Virus record (IMG/VR): IMGVR_UViG_3300017713_000069
Span: 1-26,750 of that record
Source of the DNA: a virus
Lineage: Duplodnaviria > Caudoviricetes
Length of the DNA stretch: 26,750 nt
Strand: one strand, 5' to 3'
In this document: positions 1-9,041 of the stretch, piece by piece
Layout: every line of letters starts with the position of its first letter
Position numbering within the stretch: position 1 is the first letter of the stretch
Notes under the pieces: model-generated
The model's input: the letters and a program-made list of their open reading frames with translations, nothing else
Database searches by the model: none
Told to the model about the DNA's origin: nothing
Made by a program: the position numbers and the translations under genes

Positions 1-49
1 AAAGAAGTGTACAATGGGTGCAAACAACTTCTTCTTGTTTACAGATTAG
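1..49 (+). CDS. 3' end of probable major capsid protein (partial)
   Basis: Frame from nt 2 reads KKCTMGANNFFLFTD* (TAG 47-49). The GANNF ending resembles C-termini I recall from capsid proteins of crAss-related Bacteroidota phages. It is followed by a strong terminator and the tail module. Only 15 codons are visible. Confidence 0.6.
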   Translation, partial: KKCTMGANNFFLFTD

Positions 50-59
50 TATATTACCC

Positions 60-92
60 AAAGGGGGTGTCCTTAAAGACACTCCCTTTTTT
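60..92 (+). terminator. Rho-independent terminator after the capsid gene
   Basis: AAAGGGGGTGTC-cttaaa-GACACTCCCTTT: 12-bp stem with one G-U pair, running into T6 (87-92). Confidence 0.9.
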
Positions 93-117
93 ATTATTTT
101 AATTAAATTATATTCAA

Positions 118-873
118 ATGAAAAAAAGAAAGCAACTTGTAGATAAAGCCTACAAACTAACCAGAAACGCAGCACCATTATCTTTTATGCTGCCAACAAG
201 ACATAATCGTAGAAACCCTCTATTATACTTTGACGAGGAGACGGGAACAAACAGGCCGCTACGATATGCACGAAATCAAGCTTCTCCTTTTGAAGATGAA
301 CAAGACGGTAACGCTATCGTTGAACCTATCATTTTTGAAGATGGATTTTTAAGCGTACCTAAAACTAACCCCGTGCTTCAGGAGTTTTTACATTATCACC
401 CTATGAACGGAAAACGTTTTATAGAGGTTAATCAAGAGGCTGATGCGCAACAAGATGTGGATAAATTAAACTCACGTGTAGACGCTTTGATTGAAGCTCG
501 AAGTCTAACTATAGAGCAAGTGGAAAATATATCCAGCGTTTTATTTGGCATAGACCCATCTAAGATAACATCCTCAGAATTGCGTAGAGATTTGCTTGTG
601 TTTGCAGAAAATCATTCACAGGATTTTTTATCAGCTATTAACGACCCGATGATGAAGCTTCAAGCTACCATCACTCAATTGTTTAATAAAAAGATTTTAG
701 TTTATAAGAACTCTAAAAAAGACGTATACTTTAACACGTCTTCAAACAAAAAACGTATGTTGACTTTACCTTTCGGTGAAGACCCGCTATACGTTATAGC
801 TTCATACCTTCAATCTGATGATGGCATAGAAGTATTAAAGTTTTTAGAAAAAAAATTGGAAAATGAAAAATAA
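118..873 (+). CDS. Conserved virion-module protein downstream of the capsid gene (crAss 'gene 75'-like position), function unknown
   Basis: 251-aa ORF with an A/T-rich leader. Assignment is by position between capsid and ring genes only. Confidence 0.6.
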   Translation: MKKRKQLVDKAYKLTRNAAPLSFMLPTRHNRRNPLLYFDEETGTNRPLRYARNQASPFEDEQDGNAIVEPIIFEDGFLSVPKTNPVLQEFLHYHPMNGKRFIEVNQEADAQQDVDKLNSRVDALIEARSLTIEQVENISSVLFGIDPSKITSSELRRDLLVFAENHSQDFLSAINDPMMKLQATITQLFNKKILVYKNSKKDVYFNTSSNKKRMLTLPFGEDPLYVIASYLQSDDGIEVLKFLEKKLENEK

Positions 874-885
874 GTTATATATTTG
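856..885 (+). promoter_or_regulatory. Bacteroidota primary-sigma promoter (-33 TTG, -7 TAnnTTTG)
   Basis: TTG at 856-858, 19-nt spacer, TATATTTG at 878-885. Matches the established Bacteroidota consensus TTTG-N19-21-TAnnTTTG. Confidence 0.65.
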
Positions 886-889
886 AACA

Positions 890-972
890 TTCGATTTTTT
901 TATTAAACATAATTGATTGCTCATAGTCAATTCTCCAAAAGGAGGTCACGGAAACGGGGCCTCTTTTTTTTT
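890..972 (+). ncRNA. Candidate ~80-nt small RNA
   Basis: Lies between the promoter at 856-885 and the terminator at 937-972. No + strand ATG in the interval. Internal 9-bp hairpin at 911-932 (AATTGATTG-ctca-TAGTCAATT, two G-U pairs). Confidence 0.45.
937..972 (+). terminator. Rho-independent terminator
   Basis: GAGGTCaCG-GAAA-CGgGGCCTC stem (942-963) with a GNRA tetraloop, followed by T9 (964-972) and preceded by A4. Confidence 0.85.
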
Positions 973-973
973 G

Positions 974-991
974 CTTATCTTTGTACAAAAG
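974..991 (+). promoter_or_regulatory. TAnnTTTG promoter for the tail genes
   Basis: CTTATCTTTGTACAAAAG, with the -7 element TATCTTTG at 976-983. 17/18 identical to 9850-9867. Sits directly after a terminator and 18 nt before ATG 1002. Confidence 0.75.
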
Positions 992-1001
992 ATATTTACA
1001 G

Positions 1002-1937
1002 ATGAGTATGATAAATTCAGTGCGTGAAACCGTACTGTCATTGTTGAATAAAAATAACTATGGCTACATTACGCCTAATGATTTTAACTTGTATGCTAAG
1101 CAAGCTCAGTTAGATGTATTTGAGGATTATTTTTATCAATACAACTATCAAATTAATCAAGAGAATAAAAGACAATCAGGCACGGGTTTAGCGGACATAA
1201 CCAAAGGATATGAAGAAGTTATAGATAGCTTTTCAGAGATAGAATCTTTAAGCCACTCTGCTTTAAATTTATTTAACTTACCTTCAGATTATTGCTTAAT
1301 AAATAAATTAAACTACTACCCTAACTTTATTACGAGCGGAACAATAGACCAGGCTGGCCCAACAGCTTCTACTACTGTTTCAGAAACAGGAGCAACGTTT
1401 ATTAGTTCAGGTGTAAAAGTGGGAGATATTGTAAGTAATTTAACTACTAATGAATTTGGGTATGTAACACAGGTGATTTCTGAAACAACTTTGGTTGCCA
1501 CACAGCTGTGGGAACTTGGGAACGAATATTCAATAGTAACAAATAAAAACGTTCGTGAGATAGAAAGAGTTTCTCAGCAAAAAATATTTAAGTTAAACGC
1601 ATCAAACTTGACAAAGCCAACTGCTTTATTCCCCGCATATTTTTTAAATGGAAACACAACAACTGTATATCCAGATATAATAACAAATCCAGGGACTGTT
1701 ATTGCTCAATACGTAAGATATCCTAAACCACCAAAATGGACGTATTTTAATTTAGTTGGAAGCGAACCTACATTTAATGAAACTGCAGCTGATTACCAAG
1801 ACTTTGAGTTGCCTCAAGATGATGAGCCAACTTTAGTAATGAAAATATTACAGTTTGCAGGTATGTCTATAAGAGAGATTGAAGCTATAAAATTTGGTCA
1901 ATCACAAGAAATGGTAGAAAATCAAAATGAACAATAA
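1002..1937 (+). CDS. Tail ring / head-tail connector protein (crAss-like ring protein)
   Basis: ORF track 981..1937 starts at a TTG inside the promoter, so the real start is more likely ATG 1002 (or 1008). Motifs NKNNYGYITPNDFNLYAKQAQLDVF and YVRYPKPPKW, plus gene order. Confidence 0.7.
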   Translation: MSMINSVRETVLSLLNKNNYGYITPNDFNLYAKQAQLDVFEDYFYQYNYQINQENKRQSGTGLADITKGYEEVIDSFSEIESLSHSALNLFNLPSDYCLINKLNYYPNFITSGTIDQAGPTASTTVSETGATFISSGVKVGDIVSNLTTNEFGYVTQVISETTLVATQLWELGNEYSIVTNKNVREIERVSQQKIFKLNASNLTKPTALFPAYFLNGNTTTVYPDIITNPGTVIAQYVRYPKPPKWTYFNLVGSEPTFNETAADYQDFELPQDDEPTLVMKILQFAGMSIREIEAIKFGQSQEMVENQNEQ

Positions 1938-2860
1938 TGGCATATATTAGCGCATGGCAATATTACGAGAATGAAGGTAACGCACCAGAAAATGAAAACT
2001 GGGGGTCTTATCAATACGTGAGCCTGGAAGATATTGTCAACAATTTTATGTTGATGTATGCGGGCAACCATTCTTTAATTAACAACGAAGAGCGGTTTAA
2101 AGTTTTGTTTCATGCTAAAAGAGCAATTCAGGAACTAAACTACGATGCGTTTAAAGAAATTAAAATATTAGAACTTCAAGTGTGTGACAATTTAAGATTT
2201 GTTTTGCCACCGGATTATGTTAACTGGGTAAGGATATCTATATATAAAGACGGTGTGCTTAGACCTCTTACTGAAAACATACAAACTAATTACAGCGATG
2301 CGTACTTACAAGACCATGAGTGTAAAATATTATTTGATGACCAAGGAAATGTTTTAAAGCCATCTACATCTTTAATTGATTTACAACGAATTGAAGGCAC
2401 AAAAAAGAGTATTTACTTAAACCAAAACAGCCCTTACAACAATATGGAAGGATACTGCGTTGATGGGTATTGGTGCTTTGATTACGCCATTGGCGCTCGT
2501 TATGGTTTAAATACAGAAACAGCTAACTCTAATCCTACTTTTCGAATAGACTCAAAAAGTGGAGTAATTAACTTTAGCTCAGGAATGGCAAAAGAATTTT
2601 GCATCCTTGAGTATGTCTCAGACGGAATGGAATCTGGAGATGATTCTAAAATAAGCGTTAATAAATTGTTTGAAGAATATATTTATGCGTATATCCAGTT
2701 TGCTATATTGAATGGTAAGTTAGGGGTTCAAGAGTATATTGTAAATAGAGCAAGAAAAAGAAGCTCTGCTTTACTTAGGAATGCTAAAATTAGAATTAGT
2801 AACATACACCCTGGCAGACTACTTATGAATATGCGAGGTAAGGATAAATGGATAAAGTAA
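1937..2860 (+). CDS. Tail tubular / ring protein (P22 gp4-like, crAss Ttub position)
   Basis: 307 aa, TAATG-coupled to the upstream gene. Motifs LPPDYVNWVRIS and ILEYVSDG. Immediately precedes the muzzle gene. Confidence 0.7.
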   Translation: MAYISAWQYYENEGNAPENENWGSYQYVSLEDIVNNFMLMYAGNHSLINNEERFKVLFHAKRAIQELNYDAFKEIKILELQVCDNLRFVLPPDYVNWVRISIYKDGVLRPLTENIQTNYSDAYLQDHECKILFDDQGNVLKPSTSLIDLQRIEGTKKSIYLNQNSPYNNMEGYCVDGYWCFDYAIGARYGLNTETANSNPTFRIDSKSGVINFSSGMAKEFCILEYVSDGMESGDDSKISVNKLFEEYIYAYIQFAILNGKLGVQEYIVNRARKRSSALLRNAKIRISNIHPGRLLMNMRGKDKWIK

Positions 2861-2861
2861 T

Positions 2862-5800
2862 ATGCCTACTACTCAAAGAAATTTTATAGCTGGACGAATG
2901 AACAAGAGCGTTGATGAACGCCTTGTGCCTAATGGTGAATATATAAATGCTGTTAACGTTAGGCTTGGCTCTACCGAACAATCAGAAGTCGGGTCGGTTG
3001 AAAATTCAAAAGGAAATCAAAAGCTTACTTCAATAGAGTATTTAAACGTGCCACTAAGCTCAGAAGCAAAATGTATTGGCTCTTTACAGGATGGTCAGCG
3101 CGAAACAATAATATGGTTTGTGCACGACCCTGCGTTTACAGGCTCACCTACTGGGAAGCTCGACATGGTCGTTTCTTTCAATGTAGTGGAAAATACACTT
3201 AATTATCATTTAATAAGTGTAAATGACGGTGGAGGAGTTAACACAACTTTAAATTTTAATGACAAGTTTTTAATCACGGGTGTCGATAGGGTGGATGACT
3301 TATTGTTTTTTACAGACAATATAAATCCCCCAAGATTTATAAATATTTTAAGACCCTACGACATTCCAATAGGGACTCCTTTGGTTGATGTCTTTACATC
3401 TGAAGAGATATTAGTAATTAAAAAACCACCAGCCACATCACCATCTATATCTTTACGCGCCTTAAGTGGTGAAGAAAATTTTTTAGAAACAAGGTTTATT
3501 AGTTTTGCGTACAGATATCAATACGAAGATGGAGAATACTCTGCTTTATCCCAATTTTCAGAACCTGCTTTTCAGCCTGTTGGATTTGATTTTAGCACAG
3601 ACTCAGGTCTTAACGAGGGCATGCAAAATGCCTTTAACTCAGTTCAGGTAACATATAATTCAGGTTCAAATTTAGTAAAACAAATAGAAGTAGTATTTAA
3701 AGAATCTACAAGTAGTGTTATAAAATCTATTGAAAAATTTAACAAGGAAGAATTAGGTCTGGCTAACAATACAAATTATAATTTAGATTTTACAAACAGT
3801 AAGATATTTACCGTGTTGCCCAATACTGAAATAGTAAGGTTGTTTGACAATGTTCCTTTAAAAGCTCAAGCTCAAACTATTATGGGTAATCGGTTGGTTT
3901 ATGGCAACTATGTTGACGGTTTTGATTTAATTGACTTAAACACAAACCCAGTAAAATTAGAATACACCGTTGGTTTAGTGTCTGAAGAGATTGGAGCTGG
4001 AGATGTTTCTGATGAAACTGCTCCGCAAGATTATTCTATTGATGGCCCTGTTACAATACAAAATGCAAGAGTTAATTTTGACTTAAATGGATTGGAATTG
4101 AAAGCTGGTGCTACCATTACTTTTGATATTCGTTTTGACCACTCTCAATTTAGTGGACAAACTCCTTTTCCTTCAGAAACAACTGACAATATAGACATAT
4201 CATTTGCTTTTAATTTACCAAGTGATTTTAATAGTGTATATGAATTAGCTACAGACCCATTATTTACTGAAAGCGTTGGGACAGCAGCCAATATAAAACC
4301 TGTTTCTGGTCAGCCAGGTGATGAAACTTCTTGTGACGGTACAACTTTTACAGATTCTTTCAACTGCTTGATACCTCAAAACTTAGATTCATTAACAAAA
4401 TTTGCCAGCGGAATATCAGCTAACGGACAGGCAATACAGATATTTACTTCTCCAGGCAGTACTGAAATAGGTTTTTCATTGCTATCAATGGCTTATGTAG
4501 ATGATATAACAACCCCTACACAAACGGTTTATGAGTATTATGACATATCGTCTGCCGAAGGGTTTTATTTAGGATTAGGTAATCCAAAAAGCTTACATAG
4601 TAATAGAGACTATGAAATAGGCATTGTGTATATGGATGAATTTAATAGGTCTACTACAGCTTTAGTTAGTCCTAATAATACCACGCATATTCCTTGTGCC
4701 CTTTCAAGCTTTGCTAACAGAATAAAGGTTGAAATACCGCCTACTCAGTTAGCTCCAAAATGGGCTACAAAATACAAGTTTGTAATTAAACCTGATTTAG
4801 AAGATTATAATACAATATATACTAACATATTTTTTCTTGACCCCACAACTAATGCTACGTTCTTTTTATTAGATGGTGAAAACTCAAGGAAAGTAGAGGA
4901 GGGCGATAGGTTAATAGTAAAAAGAGATACGGAGGGGGCGACTACAAAATGTAGATTTGCCACAGTATTAGAAAAAGATGCTCAAACCGCAGACTTTTTA
5001 GACCCCGCTCCAAAAGATGGCCTTGGTGAAGATGTGCCTATCCCCGCTGGTACTTACATGAAAATATTAGCTAATGATTTTAACATTATTCAAGGAGATA
5101 ATCCTGTAATACAGGCAGGACAAAAGAAATCTACGGGGACAAGTGGTGGCTCATATCCTGTTGTTAGATACCCTTGTAACATTCCAGACCCCAATATATC
5201 TGGTAGTTTTATAGACTACACAATCCCTGCTGGCTCAAGAATAAAAATAGAAGCAGATTTTAATAGACCAGGGAAGGGGAGAAAGTGTGACGGCAGAAGA
5301 TATCAATTAGACTTAAACTTGACTTCATCTCAAGAATATGAAAACTTTAAAGAATGGTGGGATGGAGATAATGTTGAGACAAGATTAGGAGATGGCACAG
5401 CAACTGTTTCTGGAGACCCTGATTGCCCCGTACCGTATTTTCAAAACTTTTATGACGCTTCTTTTGCGGCTGATGATAATGATATAGATAGAAACCCGTG
5501 TATTTATAATTGGAGATACTATAGAGACTCCACAACAAATGAATTATTATTATTAGTTAGCGGAACAAACTCGTGTTCCGGAGCAACAAACGGCTCAAGA
5601 GACAGAAGGGCTCGTGTTAGTTTAACCATTTCTGTATTTAGGGCAGACAACACTATTGTTTTTGAAACTCAACCAGAGGACGCTACTCCAGATTTGTGGT
5701 ATGAGTCTTCTCAATCTTTTGAGATAGACACTGTAAATGGTTTTCATACGGGTAATGTTCAAAATCAAACCAGCGTACAATCTGCTGTTATTGACACTGC

Positions 5801-7295
5801 ATTTTTTAATTGTTATTCTTTTGGCAATGGTGTGGAAAGTTACAAAATAAGAGACTCAATAATAGGCAAAGAATTGGCTTTAGGTGAAAAAACCACCTCT
5901 ACTTCTGAAATAGATTTTAAAGAAGCGCACAGATTTGCAGACTTAACTTATAGCGGTGTTTACAATGACGAGTCTAATGTTAATAAGCTGAATGAATTTA
6001 ACTTAGGATTGTTAAACTTTAAACCTTTGGAAGATACGTTTGGCCCTATTAGAAAATTGGATGCAAGAGAAACAGATATACTTGTATTACAAGAAGATAA
6101 AATATCTTATGTATTAGCAGGGAAAAACCTTTTATCAGATTCAACAGGCGGAGGACAGGTAGCGTCAATTCCTGAAGTTTTAGGCACTCAAATCGCTCGC
6201 ATAGAACAATATGGTATTAGTAACAACCCAGAAAGTTATGTTCAGTGGGGGTACGATAAATTTTTTACTGACGCAAAAAGAGGTGTGGTATTAAAATTAT
6301 CTGGCTCAGGACAAAGCGAGCAGCTTACAGTGGTGTCAGAATTTGGAATGAGGTCTTATTTTAGAGATTTATTTATTGGAGCTCCAAACACCCAAAAGCT
6401 CGGAGGGTATGACCCGTATATGAACGAGTACGTTTTAAGCTCTAACATAGAAGAACTACCTGTAGATGTTCAATGTTTTGGATGCGGTTTTAAAAGGACA
6501 TTTTCAATTGAAACAGGGGAAACGATTGACTACTGCGTAAATACAGGTCAGCTTGTTGGGGATGTAAATGTAGATGTTATTATAACTGGAGGTAGCGCTT
6601 CGGTAATTGCTGAATATAATGGATTGTCTCAAAACATCTCATCAACAGGGACTCTTGTTATTGACAAGAACATAGTAAACAACGAAGAAGTAAGTATATC
6701 TTTAGGAGGAGTTACTGGAGCTATAGTTTCCGTTACAGTTAACTGTCCCGTTGCAGAAGAAATTACGATTACTCAAGTTTGCATTACAAATGCTACAGAT
6801 GCAGGGCAATTTATACATAATGATTACAGATGGGTAGATGGAACTTTTGTTTCTCCACTTCACTCTGAGCAAGTAGAATTTATAGATGATACTGCATCTA
6901 TAATTGTTTCACAATTTTCATCAATTACAGGGCCGCAAGGTGCAGGAGTAATTCCTGCAGATTCTGCTGATGTAAGTGTTATTAGCAGAAAAGCTCCACA
7001 AGATGATTTTGTTTTTGACCCTGCACAAAACGAATTATATTATTTAAGGACAGACACGGTTTATCAAAACACTCCCGCAGATATAATAAGTCTTTTGAAT
7101 GCTGCTGTTTCATTAACTATTGATACCTCTCAAGCGCCAGTGGCATATTCGGGTGAATTTCCAATGCCTAATTCTGGAAAATACCTATATTTGATATATG
7201 ATTACAGAAGCTCAGTAGAGGCTACTTTATGCTATTCTACAGCAGACTTAGAAGATGTTTGCTGTAATTGTAACGAACCTATACCACTATTCTAA
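2862..7295 (+). CDS. Tail stabilisation / muzzle protein (P22 gp10-like, crAss Tstab), N-terminal part plus Cys-containing C-terminal extension
   Basis: 1477 aa. N-terminus FIAGRMNKSVDERLVPNGEYINAVNVR, internal FAYRYQYEDGEYSALSQFS, GNRLVYGNY, YGISNNPES, FFTDAKRGVVLKL and GGYDPY are characteristic of this family as I recall it. Confidence 0.8.
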   Translation: MPTTQRNFIAGRMNKSVDERLVPNGEYINAVNVRLGSTEQSEVGSVENSKGNQKLTSIEYLNVPLSSEAKCIGSLQDGQRETIIWFVHDPAFTGSPTGKLDMVVSFNVVENTLNYHLISVNDGGGVNTTLNFNDKFLITGVDRVDDLLFFTDNINPPRFINILRPYDIPIGTPLVDVFTSEEILVIKKPPATSPSISLRALSGEENFLETRFISFAYRYQYEDGEYSALSQFSEPAFQPVGFDFSTDSGLNEGMQNAFNSVQVTYNSGSNLVKQIEVVFKESTSSVIKSIEKFNKEELGLANNTNYNLDFTNSKIFTVLPNTEIVRLFDNVPLKAQAQTIMGNRLVYGNYVDGFDLIDLNTNPVKLEYTVGLVSEEIGAGDVSDETAPQDYSIDGPVTIQNARVNFDLNGLELKAGATITFDIRFDHSQFSGQTPFPSETTDNIDISFAFNLPSDFNSVYELATDPLFTESVGTAANIKPVSGQPGDETSCDGTTFTDSFNCLIPQNLDSLTKFASGISANGQAIQIFTSPGSTEIGFSLLSMAYVDDITTPTQTVYEYYDISSAEGFYLGLGNPKSLHSNRDYEIGIVYMDEFNRSTTALVSPNNTTHIPCALSSFANRIKVEIPPTQLAPKWATKYKFVIKPDLEDYNTIYTNIFFLDPTTNATFFLLDGENSRKVEEGDRLIVKRDTEGATTKCRFATVLEKDAQTADFLDPAPKDGLGEDVPIPAGTYMKILANDFNIIQGDNPVIQAGQKKSTGTSGGSYPVVRYPCNIPDPNISGSFIDYTIPAGSRIKIEADFNRPGKGRKCDGRRYQLDLNLTSSQEYENFKEWWDGDNVETRLGDGTATVSGDPDCPVPYFQNFYDASFAADDNDIDRNPCIYNWRYYRDSTTNELLLLVSGTNSCSGATNGSRDRRARVSLTISVFRADNTIVFETQPEDATPDLWYESSQSFEIDTVNGFHTGNVQNQTSVQSAVIDTAFFNCYSFGNGVESYKIRDSIIGKELALGEKTTSTSEIDFKEAHRFADLTYSGVYNDESNVNKLNEFNLGLLNFKPLEDTFGPIRKLDARETDILVLQEDKISYVLAGKNLLSDSTGGGQVASIPEVLGTQIARIEQYGISNNPESYVQWGYDKFFTDAKRGVVLKLSGSGQSEQLTVVSEFGMRSYFRDLFIGAPNTQKLGGYDPYMNEYVLSSNIEELPVDVQCFGCGFKRTFSIETGETIDYCVNTGQLVGDVNVDVIITGGSASVIAEYNGLSQNISSTGTLVIDKNIVNNEEVSISLGGVTGAIVSVTVNCPVAEEITITQVCITNATDAGQFIHNDYRWVDGTFVSPLHSEQVEFIDDTASIIVSQFSSITGPQGAGVIPADSADVSVISRKAPQDDFVFDPAQNELYYLRTDTVYQNTPADIISLLNAAVSLTIDTSQAPVAYSGEFPMPNSGKYLYLIYDYRSSVEATLCYSTADLEDVCCNCNEPIPLF

Positions 7296-9037
7296 TGGCA
7301 ACAGAGGGAACATATTATTTAAACGGCCCAGACCTTGTTAGTTCTTCGGCAATATTTACCGACCCTGACATGAATGTCTGTGCTCCAGATGGTTTTTATT
7401 CTAATGGCCAAATTGTTCGTGAACAAGTTAACTGCATATTGTTACCTCAACAAGACTGCCCTACGTGTGCAGTACCTTGTGGACAAATAGCTGGATTTTC
7501 AAGCAATGTAAATGGCACGTTTTTAGGGCAAACAAGTGTGGGGGCAGACTTGGGCGCTGTTATAATATATTCTATTGTGGGAAACTCAATTCCTGATGGC
7601 GTTCTTGTAACATACGATAATCAAACTTTTAATCAGCTGACATTTCAAGGAAACAACGGAACCCCCATTGGTTTAAATAGTACAATTGGAAGCCCTACAT
7701 ATTATGGTAGTGCTCAACGAACACCTACCACAACAAATAATTTACCTGTATACACAATTCAATCAGATGGAAATTACATTCAGTCTTCACTGCCAAACAG
7801 AAATATAGTTGTTGACTCCAACAATGTTGACCTTCGTGGCGGCGGCGGGGCGACTGTTTACACTCAAGTAATACCAAAGGCGACATCTGTTTCAATAATG
7901 AACATAGATTACTTTGGCCCAATAGTAGGCACATTTTTTCAATACGAAGCAAGCTGTCCAGCTGCATTACCTTCATTTCAGGGGGCAGCTATAAAAGGAA
8001 ATACAGATTGCGCCAATATTGATACAACTTATTATTTTGCTCCTAACGCAACGGTTACTGGAGCTTTTCCTAATCAAACATTTGTACCTGACACAAATAC
8101 AGTACCTATTGTTGGTAACTATGTTTATTCAGATGCTAATGCTGGTAATGGATTGAACTTAACAGCAACGCCACAGTATATTATTTTAGCCGACAATAGT
8201 TATTTAGAAATTGTTCATGGTATTGTAGTTGCTGTAGGTGCTCAATGTACAAGTCCACCATTACCATGTTCTGGGTCTCTAAATCCCCCCGTAGGAAATC
8301 AAGGGCACTATACGGTAGAATTAGACGCAGGCTCTACTCAAAATGACGTAGGCGCTGTAATGGTATATTTTGACCCTCAAAGTTTTCCAGACGCAATTAG
8401 AGTAGAATATGACGGCGTATATTACAACACGCTTTCAACTCCTTCTTTAGGCTACAGACAAAGTCAAAGTGGTATAGCTGGTGCGTTTACATTGTTGGGA
8501 GACCCTAATAATAATTGTTGGGCGGGTCAAGTAGGTACAAATACTTATAACAGGTCTATTTTAAGGCCAACAAATACGTGGGCAGCAAATAATCCATCTA
8601 CAGGAAACTACACTCTCAACACAACAGACAACCAAACAAATGCTGCTACACAAAATGTGTTTAGTTACATAGTAATACCAAAACCAAATGCTACCCCTAA
8701 CATTGTTACTGTTGAGGTTTTAGGGCCATGCCCAGGCACAGGTTTTAATTTAGCTATTGATTGTCCAATACAATTACCATCTTTTCAATCAAGTACCGTT
8801 CAATCTAATAACGATTGTACAGCTTCATTTTCTCAGGTATATTACTTTGCAAAAGATTATGCAGATAGAGCTGATGCTACAGTGGTTTATCCTAAATTAT
8901 ACTACTTTGTATTTGAAGACCATGATGGTATAACACCATTAGCGCAAGGTATTTATATTATGGATAACAATGATTTTATACAAGTAGATGCTAACGGAAT
9001 AGTAATCGCCACTGGAGCGTGTGCACCAATACCTTAA
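7295..9037 (+). CDS. Cys-rich beta-structured tail fibre/appendage-like protein with two tandem ~260-aa domains
   Basis: 580 aa, rich in G/N/T/P/C. TAATG-coupled to the muzzle gene. Internal duplication is visible. Confidence 0.6.
   Translation: MATEGTYYLNGPDLVSSSAIFTDPDMNVCAPDGFYSNGQIVREQVNCILLPQQDCPTCAVPCGQIAGFSSNVNGTFLGQTSVGADLGAVIIYSIVGNSIPDGVLVTYDNQTFNQLTFQGNNGTPIGLNSTIGSPTYYGSAQRTPTTTNNLPVYTIQSDGNYIQSSLPNRNIVVDSNNVDLRGGGGATVYTQVIPKATSVSIMNIDYFGPIVGTFFQYEASCPAALPSFQGAAIKGNTDCANIDTTYYFAPNATVTGAFPNQTFVPDTNTVPIVGNYVYSDANAGNGLNLTATPQYIILADNSYLEIVHGIVVAVGAQCTSPPLPCSGSLNPPVGNQGHYTVELDAGSTQNDVGAVMVYFDPQSFPDAIRVEYDGVYYNTLSTPSLGYRQSQSGIAGAFTLLGDPNNNCWAGQVGTNTYNRSILRPTNTWAANNPSTGNYTLNTTDNQTNAATQNVFSYIVIPKPNATPNIVTVEVLGPCPGTGFNLAIDCPIQLPSFQSSTVQSNNDCTASFSQVYYFAKDYADRADATVVYPKLYYFVFEDHDGITPLAQGIYIMDNNDFIQVDANGIVIATGACAPIP
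7475..9034 (+). repeat. Protein-level tandem duplication (7475-8263 and 8264-9034)
   Basis: Collinear motif pairs: PCG/PCS, LGAVIIY/VGAVMVY, IPDGVLVTYD/FPDAIRVEYD, VIPK/VIPK, GPIVGTFF/GPCPGTGF, CPAALPSFQ/CPIQLPSFQ, YYFAP/YYFAK, GIVVAVG/GIVIATG. Confidence 0.85.
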
Positions 9038-9041
9038 ATAT

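Noticed and set aside
844-936. Minus-strand 26-codon ORF MSNQLCLIKKSNVQIYNLFFIFQFFF (924-844) preceded by GGAG, a possible type I toxin antisense to the sRNA
   Set aside because: The hydrophobic tail is simply the complement of the A-rich end of the 251-aa gene. No minus-strand promoter was seen, and Bacteroidota rarely use Shine-Dalgarno sequences. Not fully excluded.
981-1001. TTG start given by the ORF track for the ring protein
   Set aside because: It lies within the TATCTTTG promoter element. ATG 1002 or 1008 is more plausible.
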